A DNA stretch of 37,326 nt from assembly GCA_964590025.1 (NCBI GenBank), contig CAZPWD010000001.1, positions 1 through 37,326 on the forward strand. The letters are read 5' to 3'. Position 1 is the stretch's first letter, and each line of letters begins with the position of its first letter. The notes below the pieces were generated by a model. It had not been told where the DNA came from, did no database searches, and saw only the letters and a program-made list of their open reading frames with translations. Origin of the DNA: an uncultured Nitrospira sp. (GTDB lineage Bacteria > Nitrospirota > Nitrospiria > Nitrospirales > Nitrospiraceae). A program made the translations under genes and the position numbers. Of this stretch, positions 1 through 8,346 are shown one piece after another.

Positions 1-33
1 ATGGGGCTTCACATCATCGAGAAGGAGTTTGAA

Positions 34-258
34 ATGAAACGACTGGCAGCCATTTCGGCCATGCTGACCCTGGGATCGCCCACGCTTGCCCTGGCGGAAG
101 AACATAGCGCGGGGTATCGGGGAATCGGACAGCTCTACTTCACCTTCATGGCCGCGATCTTGATCTATGGCGTCTACGATAGCTTCGGCAAGAAGGCGAT
201 GTATGTAGCGGCGCCGATCATAGTGGTCGGGCTCTATCTGCTCCTGCCCGAGAAATAA
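34..258 (+). CDS. hypothetical small secreted/membrane protein
   Basis: The frame is open from window position 1. An internal ATG at 34 is preceded by GGAG (24-27). The product has a signal-like N-terminus (MKRLAAISAMLTLGSPTLALA) followed by two hydrophobic segments. The true start could lie upstream of the window. Confidence 0.5.
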   Translation: MKRLAAISAMLTLGSPTLALAEEHSAGYRGIGQLYFTFMAAILIYGVYDSFGKKAMYVAAPIIVVGLYLLLPEK

Positions 259-289
259 ATACAGACGACAGGAGGCGATGGAAGAGCGT

Positions 290-327
290 GGACTGGGCTA
301 GTCCAACCAGTCCTTCTCTTTCAGTTT
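290..327 (+). terminator. candidate intrinsic terminator downstream of the small ORF
   Basis: GGACTGG (290-296) and CCAGTCC (307-313) form a 7-bp stem with a 10-nt loop, followed by the T-rich tract TTCTCTTTCAGTTT (314-327). Confidence 0.35.
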
Positions 328-359
328 CCGTGAAAGATATCTCTTCCCCGCAGGATAGT

Positions 360-565
360 CGCACGAGACGGGCGGGACCGGGAATGGTTGATCTGGTTCA
401 TCTGGTCTGTCTGGTTCAACCAAACAAACGAGACAAACCAGATAAACCAAATAACGGTCTTCTTCCGCTGGCGGGCTTCATCAGCAACCGGTTAGGGTGG
501 GAGGAGCGCGCACCTACCGAGGACAGCTAGGTACGGCGGAGATCTTGGCGGGACTTTAGGCTTCC
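360..565. repeat. composite intergenic palindromic element with 9-nt periodicity
   Basis: Positions 386-457 read as eight 9-mers: GGTTGATCT GGTTCATCT GGTCTGTCT GGTTCAACC AAACAAACG AGACAAACC AGATAAACC AAATAACGG. The left units fit GGTYNNTCT, the right units are their reverse complement AGANNRACC, and the central unit is self-complementary. The flanks carry GAGAC/GGGAC units (363-381) and TGGCGGGACT (554-563) that are shared with the 12494-12637 element. A degenerate copy of the MITE end lies at about 474-494. Confidence 0.75.
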
Positions 566-693
566 CAGTCAAGCTGGGCTTGCACACCATCCCGACGCTC
601 GATCCCCTCATGAACCATATTCCCTCGGGGCGTTAAGCTCCCCCCACAGGGATACGATAGTCCTCCGATAGAGGTCAGTCAAGCATTGGCGCA

Positions 694-1023
694 CTAAGCG
701 TGACCGCTGCCTTCGGCCTCTTCGTATTCGTCGATGAGCTGCTCGAGTTCATCAAGTTCGTCTGGTCGGACGTTCTGAAACGAGACCCCGAATGTGTCCT
801 CTCCGACCCACTGCACGCGCGCATCTTCGATCGAAACCGGCTCCTCCACACCGGGAATGACCAGCCGCACACGGATCACCTTGCCGGGGTAGACTTCGAT
901 GTCACAATCGAACTTGGCGCCACCGACTGAGAGGTCGAGGGTGACCGCTTCGATCTCATGCGAGTTTCCCAACAGAAATCCCTGCACCTGTGCCGGCACC
1001 CGGAGATGTTTTCGTCGATCCAT
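694..1023 (-). CDS. PilZ domain protein (single-domain c-di-GMP receptor type)
   Basis: The N-terminus carries RRKHLR (the RxxxR motif) and DLSVGG (the D/NxSxxG motif). I prefer the ATG at 1023 because the RxxxR motif follows it directly. The ORF track extends to a TTG at 1059. Confidence 0.75.
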   Translation of the reverse strand: MDRRKHLRVPAQVQGFLLGNSHEIEAVTLDLSVGGAKFDCDIEVYPGKVIRVRLVIPGVEEPVSIEDARVQWVGEDTFGVSFQNVRPDELDELEQLIDEYEEAEGSGHA

Positions 1024-1096
1024 GTTACCCGCAAGGTTCCTGTTCCGAGTACGATTCAAGGGCGATGCTGGAGGGCTAGATTCCCTGCATCGCAGG

Positions 1097-1168
1097 ATAC
1101 CCCGCAGCTTCCGGCCTTCGTAGCCGAAGTGGCAACTTCGGCGGAGTAGGCTGCTGCGGGGAGCTTCA
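1097..1168 (-). repeat. copy A of a 72-75 nt structured repeat (copy B is at 32800-32874)
   Basis: On the minus strand it reads TGAAGCTCCCCGCAGCAGCCTACTCCGCCGAAGTTGCCACTTCGGCTACGAAGGCCGGAAGCTGCGGGGTAT. By hand alignment about 66 of 75 positions match copy B. The outer stem is CCCCGCAGC/GCTGCGGGG and the inner hairpin is CCGAAGT-TGCC-ACTTCGG. Its first three bases, TGA, are the pal stop codon. Confidence 0.8.
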
Positions 1169-1726
1169 TTTCGTCACGAAATGTGCCCGCCGATTCTGTT
1201 GGTAACAGTCTTCGTTCTGCTGCTTGCAGAAGGGCCTTGTTTCTCCGTAGCTCGTGATCTGGAGCTGCGAGGCCTGGATGCCCAGGTCCTGGAGATACTT
1301 CTTGGCGGCACGCGCCCGCTTCTCGCCTAGGACGAGATTGTAGGCTATGGTGCCACGCTCATCACAATGGCCTTCGATCAGCACGGTCCTGCTCCCATTG
1401 GCGCGAAGCCACCCGCTATTGGCGTCCAACACCGGCATGGCATCCTTGCGGATATTAAACCGGTCGTAATCGAAGAACACGTCGCCCAATGCATTGCTGT
1501 CGGAAGCGGTACTCGACGCGATCGAAAGATTGGATGGTAGGCTGCCAGATGGCCTGTCAAACGAGCGTTCCAGCGGTACCGTCTTGATCGCGTCCGGCTG
1601 AATCGCCTCGGTCTTGGCCTGACCGGACTGATCGCCGGACGAGGAAGCAACTTTCTTACTAGCGCAGCCCGCAAACAGAAGCATGAGGCTTAGACTCAGA
1701 CACAGGCTGATGACTCTTCGATCCAT
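1166..1726 (-). CDS. pal: peptidoglycan-associated lipoprotein, OmpA/Pal family
   Basis: It has a lipobox (LLFAGC) and a C-terminal OmpA-like domain (FFDYDRFNIRKD...LIEGHCDERGTIAYNLVLGEKRA...). A strong SD, AGGAGG, lies upstream of the ATG at 1726. Confidence 0.85.
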   Translation of the reverse strand: MDRRVISLCLSLSLMLLFAGCASKKVASSSGDQSGQAKTEAIQPDAIKTVPLERSFDRPSGSLPSNLSIASSTASDSNALGDVFFDYDRFNIRKDAMPVLDANSGWLRANGSRTVLIEGHCDERGTIAYNLVLGEKRARAAKKYLQDLGIQASQLQITSYGETRPFCKQQNEDCYQQNRRAHFVTK

Positions 1727-1977
1727 GGTATAGCCTCCTATTTGTCGTGATCATTGGTTACGCCGCTTCTTCAGGGGCAGGATAGTCTGGCTCTATCACT
1801 TTGGGCGGCTCCATCTCGTCCCGCGGGTGCGGATGCCAGATTTTCACTCTTACTTATAGGTGCTCAACTGGTATCCGTCAACCCAAAATGTTTCGCCTCG
1901 TCCGTGACGGCGCAAGCAAGAGATCCTCTCCAAACCGGAAGTTGCATCCCTCTTCGGCTTTCGCTAAGGTGCGTCTC

Positions 1978-3612
1978 ATGACCCATTCCCTCGCGCGTTC
2001 ACTCGTCCTTGCCGGCGCGAGTGGGCTGTTCCTCCCGCTGAGTTTTCCGAAATCTGATCTTGGACTGTTGGCCTGGATCGCCCTCGTGCCGTTGCATTGG
2101 GCGTTGGACGGCAAGAGCAAAACGCAGGCGTTTTTGATCGGCTGGCTATCCGGCACGATTGCCTTTACCGGCATGATGGCCTGGGTGGTCACCACCATGA
2201 ACACCTACGGCAAGGTCCCGCTGGTGATCAGCTACGGCATCATGTTGCTGCTCACAATCTACCTTGGCCTCTATGTCGGTCTCTATTCTGCCGGGGCCGT
2301 CTGGTTTCGGACCATGATTCCTCGCTACGGTCTCTTCGCGGTTCCCTGCTTGTGGGTGAGCCTCGAACTGATCCGGACGTATGTTCTGAGCGGATTGCCC
2401 TGGGGCCTCCTCGGCTACTCTCAATATCGCCAGATTGAGGTGATTCAGATTGCGGATCACATGGGTGTGTATGGAGTCTCGTTCCTCATTGTGCTGGTGA
2501 ATGTCACACTGGCTGAATTCTTGTCCTGGCTGATGCCACTGTTCCGGGGATTCCGTCCGGCAAAGCTCCCCTGGGAACTCTTGGCAATGGCGGCATTGCT
2601 GGTAACGCTTTCGTGGGAATATGGTATTGCGACGTTATCTGGAGCACCTTCTTCTGATATTCCCCGATCGTCCATCAGCGTGGGAGTTGTGCAGCCGAAC
2701 GTCGATCAGGCGGTGAAGTGGGATACCGCCTATCGAGAGGAGACTCTCGCACGCTTTGACCGGCTGACGGAACAGCTCGGCCGTACCACAGATTTGGTGA
2801 TCTGGCCCGAGGCGGCAACACCGTTCGTCTTCGAGCGTGAGCCGGTCTATCAGCTGCAACTCATTGCGTTGGCAAATCGCGCTCAGGCACCGATCTTGTT
2901 TGGAAGCCCTGCCCTGCGTTTCTATCCGGATCGGCGGCCATATCTGTTGAACAGTGCGTACCTCCTCTCCCCCGACGGCCAGTTGTTGGGGCGCTACGAC
3001 AAACAGCATCTGGTCCCCTTCGGAGAATATATTCCGTTCAAGTCTTCGCTCCTGTTTTTCCTTGACAAATTGGTGGAAGGGATCGGCGATTTCGAAGCGG
3101 GAACTGGTCCGACGGTCTTGGCGTTGACGCCAAAGCCCCGGTCTGCAGGTACAGGCATGGTGGGGACACCGCCGCGACCGATAAATTTCGGGGTGGCGAT
3201 CTGCTACGAAGTGATCTTTCCGAACCTGGTGCGGCAATTCGCAGCGAATGGGGCGGAGTTCTTGGTGACCGTGACGAACGATGCCTGGTTTGGCTCCTCC
3301 TCGGCGGCCTCGCAACATTTTTCGATGGTGGTGTTTCGTTCAGTCGAGAATCATTTGGCCTTTGCTCGCTCAGCCAACACCGGCATTTCCGGGTTCATCG
3401 ATCCGTTCGGGCACATCGTTGAGGCGACACCGATTTTCACGGAGCAGGCCGTCAAGGCTACGATGCAGGTCTGGCGCCCGCATACGTTCTACAGCCGGCA
3501 CGGCGATGTGTTTGCCTACGGCTGTGTTATAATCTGCGCGCTTTTGTGCCTGTTCGGCTTTTTCCGCACCAAGGGATCTGAGCCTGACGCAGTGGCTGTC
3601 ACTCCGGTATAA
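1978..3612 (+). CDS. lnt: apolipoprotein N-acyltransferase
   Basis: The N-terminus is multi-TM. The C-terminal CN-hydrolase domain carries the WPE, KQHLVPFGEY and AICYE catalytic-triad motifs. I trimmed the start to the ATG at 1978 (MTHSLARS...); the track ORF starts at 1801. Confidence 0.9.
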   Translation: MTHSLARSLVLAGASGLFLPLSFPKSDLGLLAWIALVPLHWALDGKSKTQAFLIGWLSGTIAFTGMMAWVVTTMNTYGKVPLVISYGIMLLLTIYLGLYVGLYSAGAVWFRTMIPRYGLFAVPCLWVSLELIRTYVLSGLPWGLLGYSQYRQIEVIQIADHMGVYGVSFLIVLVNVTLAEFLSWLMPLFRGFRPAKLPWELLAMAALLVTLSWEYGIATLSGAPSSDIPRSSISVGVVQPNVDQAVKWDTAYREETLARFDRLTEQLGRTTDLVIWPEAATPFVFEREPVYQLQLIALANRAQAPILFGSPALRFYPDRRPYLLNSAYLLSPDGQLLGRYDKQHLVPFGEYIPFKSSLLFFLDKLVEGIGDFEAGTGPTVLALTPKPRSAGTGMVGTPPRPINFGVAICYEVIFPNLVRQFAANGAEFLVTVTNDAWFGSSSAASQHFSMVVFRSVENHLAFARSANTGISGFIDPFGHIVEATPIFTEQAVKATMQVWRPHTFYSRHGDVFAYGCVIICALLCLFGFFRTKGSEPDAVAVTPV

Positions 3613-3629
3613 CCAGAAAGGATCGCTCC

Positions 3630-4779
3630 ATGTTAGATGAGGTAAAGAATCGTGTGCGGGCTGTCGAGCAATTGGTATCGGAACTACGGGGGCATCTTTG
3701 ACTTCGCTCGCATGACGGCCGAGCTGGCACATCTGGAACAGCAGACGGCGCAGCCTGATTTTTGGAACCACGCTCAGAAGGCCGCCAAGATCAGCAGGAA
3801 GAAATCCACGATTGAGCACGACCTCCAGCAGTGGCGAGATATCGATGGGAAGATGAACGATCTGCGCGCGTTATTCGAGTTAGCAGAAGAAAGCGACGAC
3901 GCCGGGCTCGCGAAGGAGTTGACGTTCGAGCTGGATCAATTTGAGCCGAAGCTCGCTGCCCTCCGGCTTGAACTTCTGCTCTCGGGCGAACTGGACCCCA
4001 ACAATGCGATTGTGGCGATCCATCCTGGTGCCGGCGGAACGGAATCGCAGGACTGGGCGCAGATGCTGCTGCGCATGTACGTCCGCTGGGCCGAGAGCAA
4101 GAAATTCACGGTTAAAACGCTGGACCTGCTCCCTGGAGAAGAAGCGGGAGTGAAAAGCGTAACCCTGTCCGTGACCGGGCCCTATGCATACGGGTATCTC
4201 AAGGCCGAAGCGGGCGTACACCGGCTGGTACGCATTTCACCGTTCGATGCGAACAAGCGGCGCCATACCTCCTTTGCCTCGGTATTCGTCTATCCTGAGG
4301 TGGATGACGATAGCGACCTCGTGATCGAAGACAAAGAGCTCAGGATCGATACCTTTCGAGCCGGCGGAGCCGGCGGCCAGAATGTGAATAAGGTCGAGAC
4401 GGCCATCCGCATAACGCACCTGCCGACCGGGATCGTGGTGCAATGTCAGAACGAACGGTCGCAGCTCCAGAATCGCAACGGCGCGATGAAGATCTTGAAA
4501 TCGCGCCTCTATGAACTTGAACTGAAAAAAAAAGAGGCGGAGTTCAATGCGATCGTCGGCGAGAAAAAGGATATTGCCTGGGGCAGCCAAATTCGATCGT
4601 ATGTATTCCAGCCCTATCAGATGGTCAAAGATCACCGGACTGGCTACGAAGTCGGCCAGGTAACCGCCGTCATGGACGGTGATCTGGACGGGTTCATCGA
4701 GGCCTATCTGAAGATGAAGCAGCTTGGGATAACCGCTCTCAGCTATCAACAGTCGGAAACGGACGAGTTCGAGAGCTGA
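3630..4779 (+). CDS. prfB: peptide chain release factor 2, joined from 3630-3698 and 3700-4779 by a programmed +1 frameshift
   Basis: The short frame-0 ORF ([23 protein letters not shown]) ends at CTT TGA C. The +1 frame continues with [14 protein letters not shown]... and contains the SPF and GGQ motifs. Confidence 0.95.
3688..3702 (+). other. prfB +1 recoding site
   Basis: An SD-like GGGGG (3688-3692) lies 3 nt before the slippery CTT (3696-3698), followed by the in-frame TGA (3699-3701) and C. This is the canonical RF2 autoregulatory signal. Confidence 0.9.
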
Positions 4780-4812
4780 CCGAGGAAAGAAGATAGACAA
4801 AGGCGCACATTA

Positions 4813-6291
4813 ATGGATGAACTGAACGAACAGCAGCAGCGCATCAAGAAACTCAACTCCCTGCGTGAAGCGGGCGTGGCACCCTACGGCACACGATTCG
4901 AAGTGAAGGATCGAGCGGGCCAACTGATCAAGCTCCATGCCGAGAAAACCAAAGAGGTACTGGAAGAAGAGAAGATCTCCTGCACCTTCGCCGGGCGTAT
5001 CGTCGCCCTGCGGCGCTTCGGCAAGGCGGGCTTCGCGGTGCTGCAAGACGGTTCCGACCGGCTGCAGGTCTATCTCAAGAAAGATCATCTCTCAGAGCAG
5101 GGCTATCGCGTCGCCGAGCTGCTCGACTTGGGCGATTGGATCGGCGTGACCGGCACCCTCTTTCGAACGAAGACAAATGAATTCACCGTCAAGGTCACAC
5201 AGTTGACCTTCTTGAGCAAAGCCCTCCGACCGCTTCCAGAAAAGTGGCACGGGTTGACGGATGTGGAAACCCGCTATCGACAGCGCTATGTCGACTTGAT
5301 TGCCAATCCTGAGGTCCATGGCATCTTTATCACGCGCAGCAGAATCATCGCCGGCATTCGTGCCTACATGATCGAACGAGGCTTCCTTGAAGTCGAGACG
5401 CCGATGATGCATCCGATTCCCGGAGGCGCTGCGGCGAAACCCTTTGTCACGCACCATAATGCGCTCGGCGCCGACCTCTATCTCCGCATCGCGCCGGAAC
5501 TCTATTTGAAGCGGTTGATCGTGGGCGGCTTTCCTCGCGTGTTCGAAATCAATCGGAACTTCCGGAACGAAGGCATCTCAACGATTCACAACCCGGAATT
5601 CACGATGCTGGAGTTTTACGTTGCCTATGCCGACTACCAGGACTTGATCATCCTCACGGAAGAACTCGTCTCTTCGTTGGCGCAGCAGGTCCTGGGCAAG
5701 ACGGTCATCGACTATCAGGGCAAAGAGATCACACTCACGCCTCCGTGGCGCCGCTGGTCGTATCATCAGGCAATTCTGTGGGTGAACAACCTCGATCCTT
5801 CCGTCCTTGAGGATAAGGACAAAGCGATTGCAGCGGCCAAAAATCTGGGCATCGCGGTCGATCCGAAATGGCCGCTCTTCAATATCGTGAACGAAATCTT
5901 TGAGGAAACGGTGGAGCCCAATCTGCAGCAACCAACGTTCATTACCGACTACCCGATTGAAATTTCCCCGCTGGCACGGCGCAAAGATTCGAACCCGGCA
6001 TTGACCGATCGCTTCGAGCTCTACATCGCCGGTCGAGAAATCGCGAACGCCTTTTCAGAGTTGAACGATCCACTGGATCAACGGAAACGGTTCGAAGGGC
6101 AAGCGGCGCAGCGGGCGGCGGGAGACGATGAGGCGCATCTGGTCGATGAAGACTTCCTGCGAGCCTTGGAGTACGGCATGCCACCGACCGCGGGCGAAGG
6201 CATCGGCATCGACCGGCTGATCATGCTCTTTACCAACCAAGGTTCGATCCGCGACGTGGTTTTCTTCCCACAATTGAGACCCGAGAAATAA
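4813..6291 (+). CDS. lysS: lysine--tRNA ligase (class II)
   Basis: It has an N-terminal OB anticodon-binding region and the class II motifs FRNEG and GIGIDRL. It follows prfB, as in many bacteria. Confidence 0.95.
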   Translation: MDELNEQQQRIKKLNSLREAGVAPYGTRFEVKDRAGQLIKLHAEKTKEVLEEEKISCTFAGRIVALRRFGKAGFAVLQDGSDRLQVYLKKDHLSEQGYRVAELLDLGDWIGVTGTLFRTKTNEFTVKVTQLTFLSKALRPLPEKWHGLTDVETRYRQRYVDLIANPEVHGIFITRSRIIAGIRAYMIERGFLEVETPMMHPIPGGAAAKPFVTHHNALGADLYLRIAPELYLKRLIVGGFPRVFEINRNFRNEGISTIHNPEFTMLEFYVAYADYQDLIILTEELVSSLAQQVLGKTVIDYQGKEITLTPPWRRWSYHQAILWVNNLDPSVLEDKDKAIAAAKNLGIAVDPKWPLFNIVNEIFEETVEPNLQQPTFITDYPIEISPLARRKDSNPALTDRFELYIAGREIANAFSELNDPLDQRKRFEGQAAQRAAGDDEAHLVDEDFLRALEYGMPPTAGEGIGIDRLIMLFTNQGSIRDVVFFPQLRPEK

Positions 6292-6293
6292 CG

Positions 6294-7571
6294 GTGGCCC
6301 TCCCCTACGAAATTTTTGTCGGGTTGCGGTATCTGCGCGCGAAGCGTCGGAATCGGACGATTTCATTGAACACCGTGGTCTCCATTGCCGGGATTACACT
6401 CGGTGTGGCCGCCCTGATTGGGACAGTCGGCATCATGACTGGTTTTAAAGAGGACATTCAGGCCAAGATTCTTGGGACGACGGCCCATATCATCGTGCAG
6501 GATCGGATAAAGGATAGCATGAGCGATTACGATCCTGTCACCAGGCAGGTCGCAACCGTGCCGGGTGTCGTGGCGGCAACCCCGTTTGTGCTCAAGCAGG
6601 TCTTGCTCACGACCCAAACCGGTGTGCAAGGCATCGTGATCCGCGGCATCGATCCGCAACGCGAGGGAATGGTGACCGAACTGGCCAAGAACCTTTCGAC
6701 TGGACAGTTAGCCGACCTCAGCCGACCGGTCAAGGTGAGGCAATCACCGGTCGACGATCCCACCAGCCCGGCGGTCGAGACAGAAAAACCCGGCATCATC
6801 CTGGGCAAGGAATTGGCGCTGCGACTCGGTGTCTTTGTCGGCGATACGGTCAATGTGGTGTCCCCTGTCGGCCCAATCAGTGCGATCGGCATGGTGCCGA
6901 AGATCAGGACCTTCGCGTTGGTCGCCCTGTTTCAATCCGGTATGTACGAGTACGATTCGTCGTTGGCCTACATCGATCTCGCGGAGGCGCAAAAGTTTTT
7001 CAGCATGGGGCAGACCGTCACGGGCATTGAAATTAAAGTCACGGACGTCTTCCGTGCAGCGGAGACAGCCCGTTCCGTGGAGCAGTCGCTCGGTTTCGCC
7101 TATGGAGCGCGCGACTGGATGCAGATGAATCGTAATCTTTTCTCGGCGCTCAAGCTCGAAAAGACGATGATGTTTCTGTTGTTGGTGCTGATCACGATCG
7201 TGGCGTCCTTCAACATCATAAGCACTCTCACCATGATCGTCACGGAGAAACAAAAGGAAATTGCGATCCTCAAGGCCATGGGCGCGACGCGCAAGAGCAT
7301 TCGGCGCATTTTCATGCTGAACGGATTGATCATCGGCCTGTCTGGGACAGCCATCGGCATTCCGCTCGGCTACGCGTTTCTCTGGCTGATCCAGACATTT
7401 TGGACCTTCGATCCCACCGTCTATTACATCTCGCGGATCCCCGTCCATGTACAAGCGATGGATGTCTTTCTTGTGGCGGGCTCCGCAATTGTGATTAGCT
7501 TTGCCGCCACAGTCTACCCTTCGCTCCAGGCAGCCAAGCTCGAACCGGTGGCCGCACTGCGCTACGAATGA
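6294..7571 (+). CDS. lolC: lipoprotein-releasing ABC transporter permease, LolC/LolE family (only one copy present)
   Basis: A GTG start lies 2 nt after the lysS stop. The N-terminus (YEIFVGLRYLRAKRRN) is typical of the family, followed by a periplasmic MacB-like domain and a C-terminal FtsX-type 3-TM bundle. Confidence 0.85.
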   Translation: MALPYEIFVGLRYLRAKRRNRTISLNTVVSIAGITLGVAALIGTVGIMTGFKEDIQAKILGTTAHIIVQDRIKDSMSDYDPVTRQVATVPGVVAATPFVLKQVLLTTQTGVQGIVIRGIDPQREGMVTELAKNLSTGQLADLSRPVKVRQSPVDDPTSPAVETEKPGIILGKELALRLGVFVGDTVNVVSPVGPISAIGMVPKIRTFALVALFQSGMYEYDSSLAYIDLAEAQKFFSMGQTVTGIEIKVTDVFRAAETARSVEQSLGFAYGARDWMQMNRNLFSALKLEKTMMFLLLVLITIVASFNIISTLTMIVTEKQKEIAILKAMGATRKSIRRIFMLNGLIIGLSGTAIGIPLGYAFLWLIQTFWTFDPTVYYISRIPVHVQAMDVFLVAGSAIVISFAATVYPSLQAAKLEPVAALRYE

Positions 7572-7590
7572 TCATGCCGACCCCTCCATC

Positions 7591-8280
7591 ATGTTTCTTT
7601 CATCCTGGAGCTCTGGCGTGATCACCGTCATCGATCTGTATAAATCGTTCCCGATGGGCGGGCAGACCCTCACGGTGCTAAAGGGCGTCAATCTACAGAT
7701 TCAGCGGGGAGAGTTGATTGCCATTGTCGGGGCTTCGGGAGCTGGAAAGAGCACGCTGCTCCATATTATCGGGACGCTTGATCGTCCTACGACAGGGACG
7801 GTCCACTTCGACGGCCAGGATATGTTTCACATGTCGGAGGATGAACAGGCAGAGTTTCGGAATCGGCGTGTCGGGTTTGTCTTTCAATTTCATCACCTCC
7901 TTCCGGAGTTCACTGCGCTTGAGAACACCTGTATGCCGGCTCTGATCCAGCGACGGTATCAGGTAGATATTGAACCGGACGCCATCGCGCTGTTGGAGGA
8001 GGTCGGGCTGGGAGCTCGATTGCATCACAAGCCCGGTGAGCTCTCCGGCGGTGAACAGCAGCGCGTGGCTGTCGCACGAGCCCTCTTGCAGAAGCCTGAT
8101 CTCGTGTTGGCTGATGAACCGACCGGAAATTTGGATACACATACAGGCGAGGCGCTCTTTGCCATGATGCGTGAACTGAACAAAGCCCGCGGGACGACCT
8201 TCGTGATCGTCACCCATAACGATAAACTGTCGGCCCAAGCCGACCGGATTGTTCATATGCAGGATGGTCAGATTGTCTAA
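7591..8280 (+). CDS. lolD: lipoprotein-releasing system ATP-binding protein
   Basis: It carries Walker A (GASGAGKST), the ABC signature (LSGGEQQRV) and Walker B (LVLADEPTG). An alternative GTG start at 7618 has GGAG 7 nt upstream. The track ORF begins at 7501, inside lolC. Confidence 0.9.
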   Translation: MFLSSWSSGVITVIDLYKSFPMGGQTLTVLKGVNLQIQRGELIAIVGASGAGKSTLLHIIGTLDRPTTGTVHFDGQDMFHMSEDEQAEFRNRRVGFVFQFHHLLPEFTALENTCMPALIQRRYQVDIEPDAIALLEEVGLGARLHHKPGELSGGEQQRVAVARALLQKPDLVLADEPTGNLDTHTGEALFAMMRELNKARGTTFVIVTHNDKLSAQADRIVHMQDGQIV

Positions 8281-8283
8281 CTC

Positions 8284-8312
8284 TTGACGAGCACCCGTTC
8301 GTTGAATACAGT
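8284..8312 (+). promoter_or_regulatory. candidate sigma70-type promoter for the barrel/lipoprotein pair
   Basis: TTGACG (8284-8289), a 17-nt spacer and TACAGT (8307-8312) lie in the 66-nt gap after lolD. Confidence 0.35.
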
Positions 8313-8346
8313 GGAAAGAACCCACGAGCGTTCATAAGATTGCGTC

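Noticed and set aside
288-530. An 80-aa ORF with an LVHLVCLVQPNKRDKPDKPNN peptide. Also ORFs 10105-10374, 10145-10495, 10166-10366, 10212-10394 and 10305-10505.
   Set aside because: They are read-throughs of the 9-nt periodic repeat and of the MITE-like element. The MLKK starts come from the inverted termini. The ORFs overlap one another in several frames and none has an SD.
1801-1977. N-terminal extensions in the ORF track for lnt (1801), ligA (18054), trpF (13388), trpC (14244), trpG (15790), lolD (7501), nrdJ (26923), the ACT protein (22825), the 135-aa ORF (23406), mtaB (30050) and miaB (31363).
   Set aside because: The extensions overlap upstream genes or repeats and lack homology-like sequence. 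Internal starts coincide with the conserved family N-termini and/or with SD motifs.
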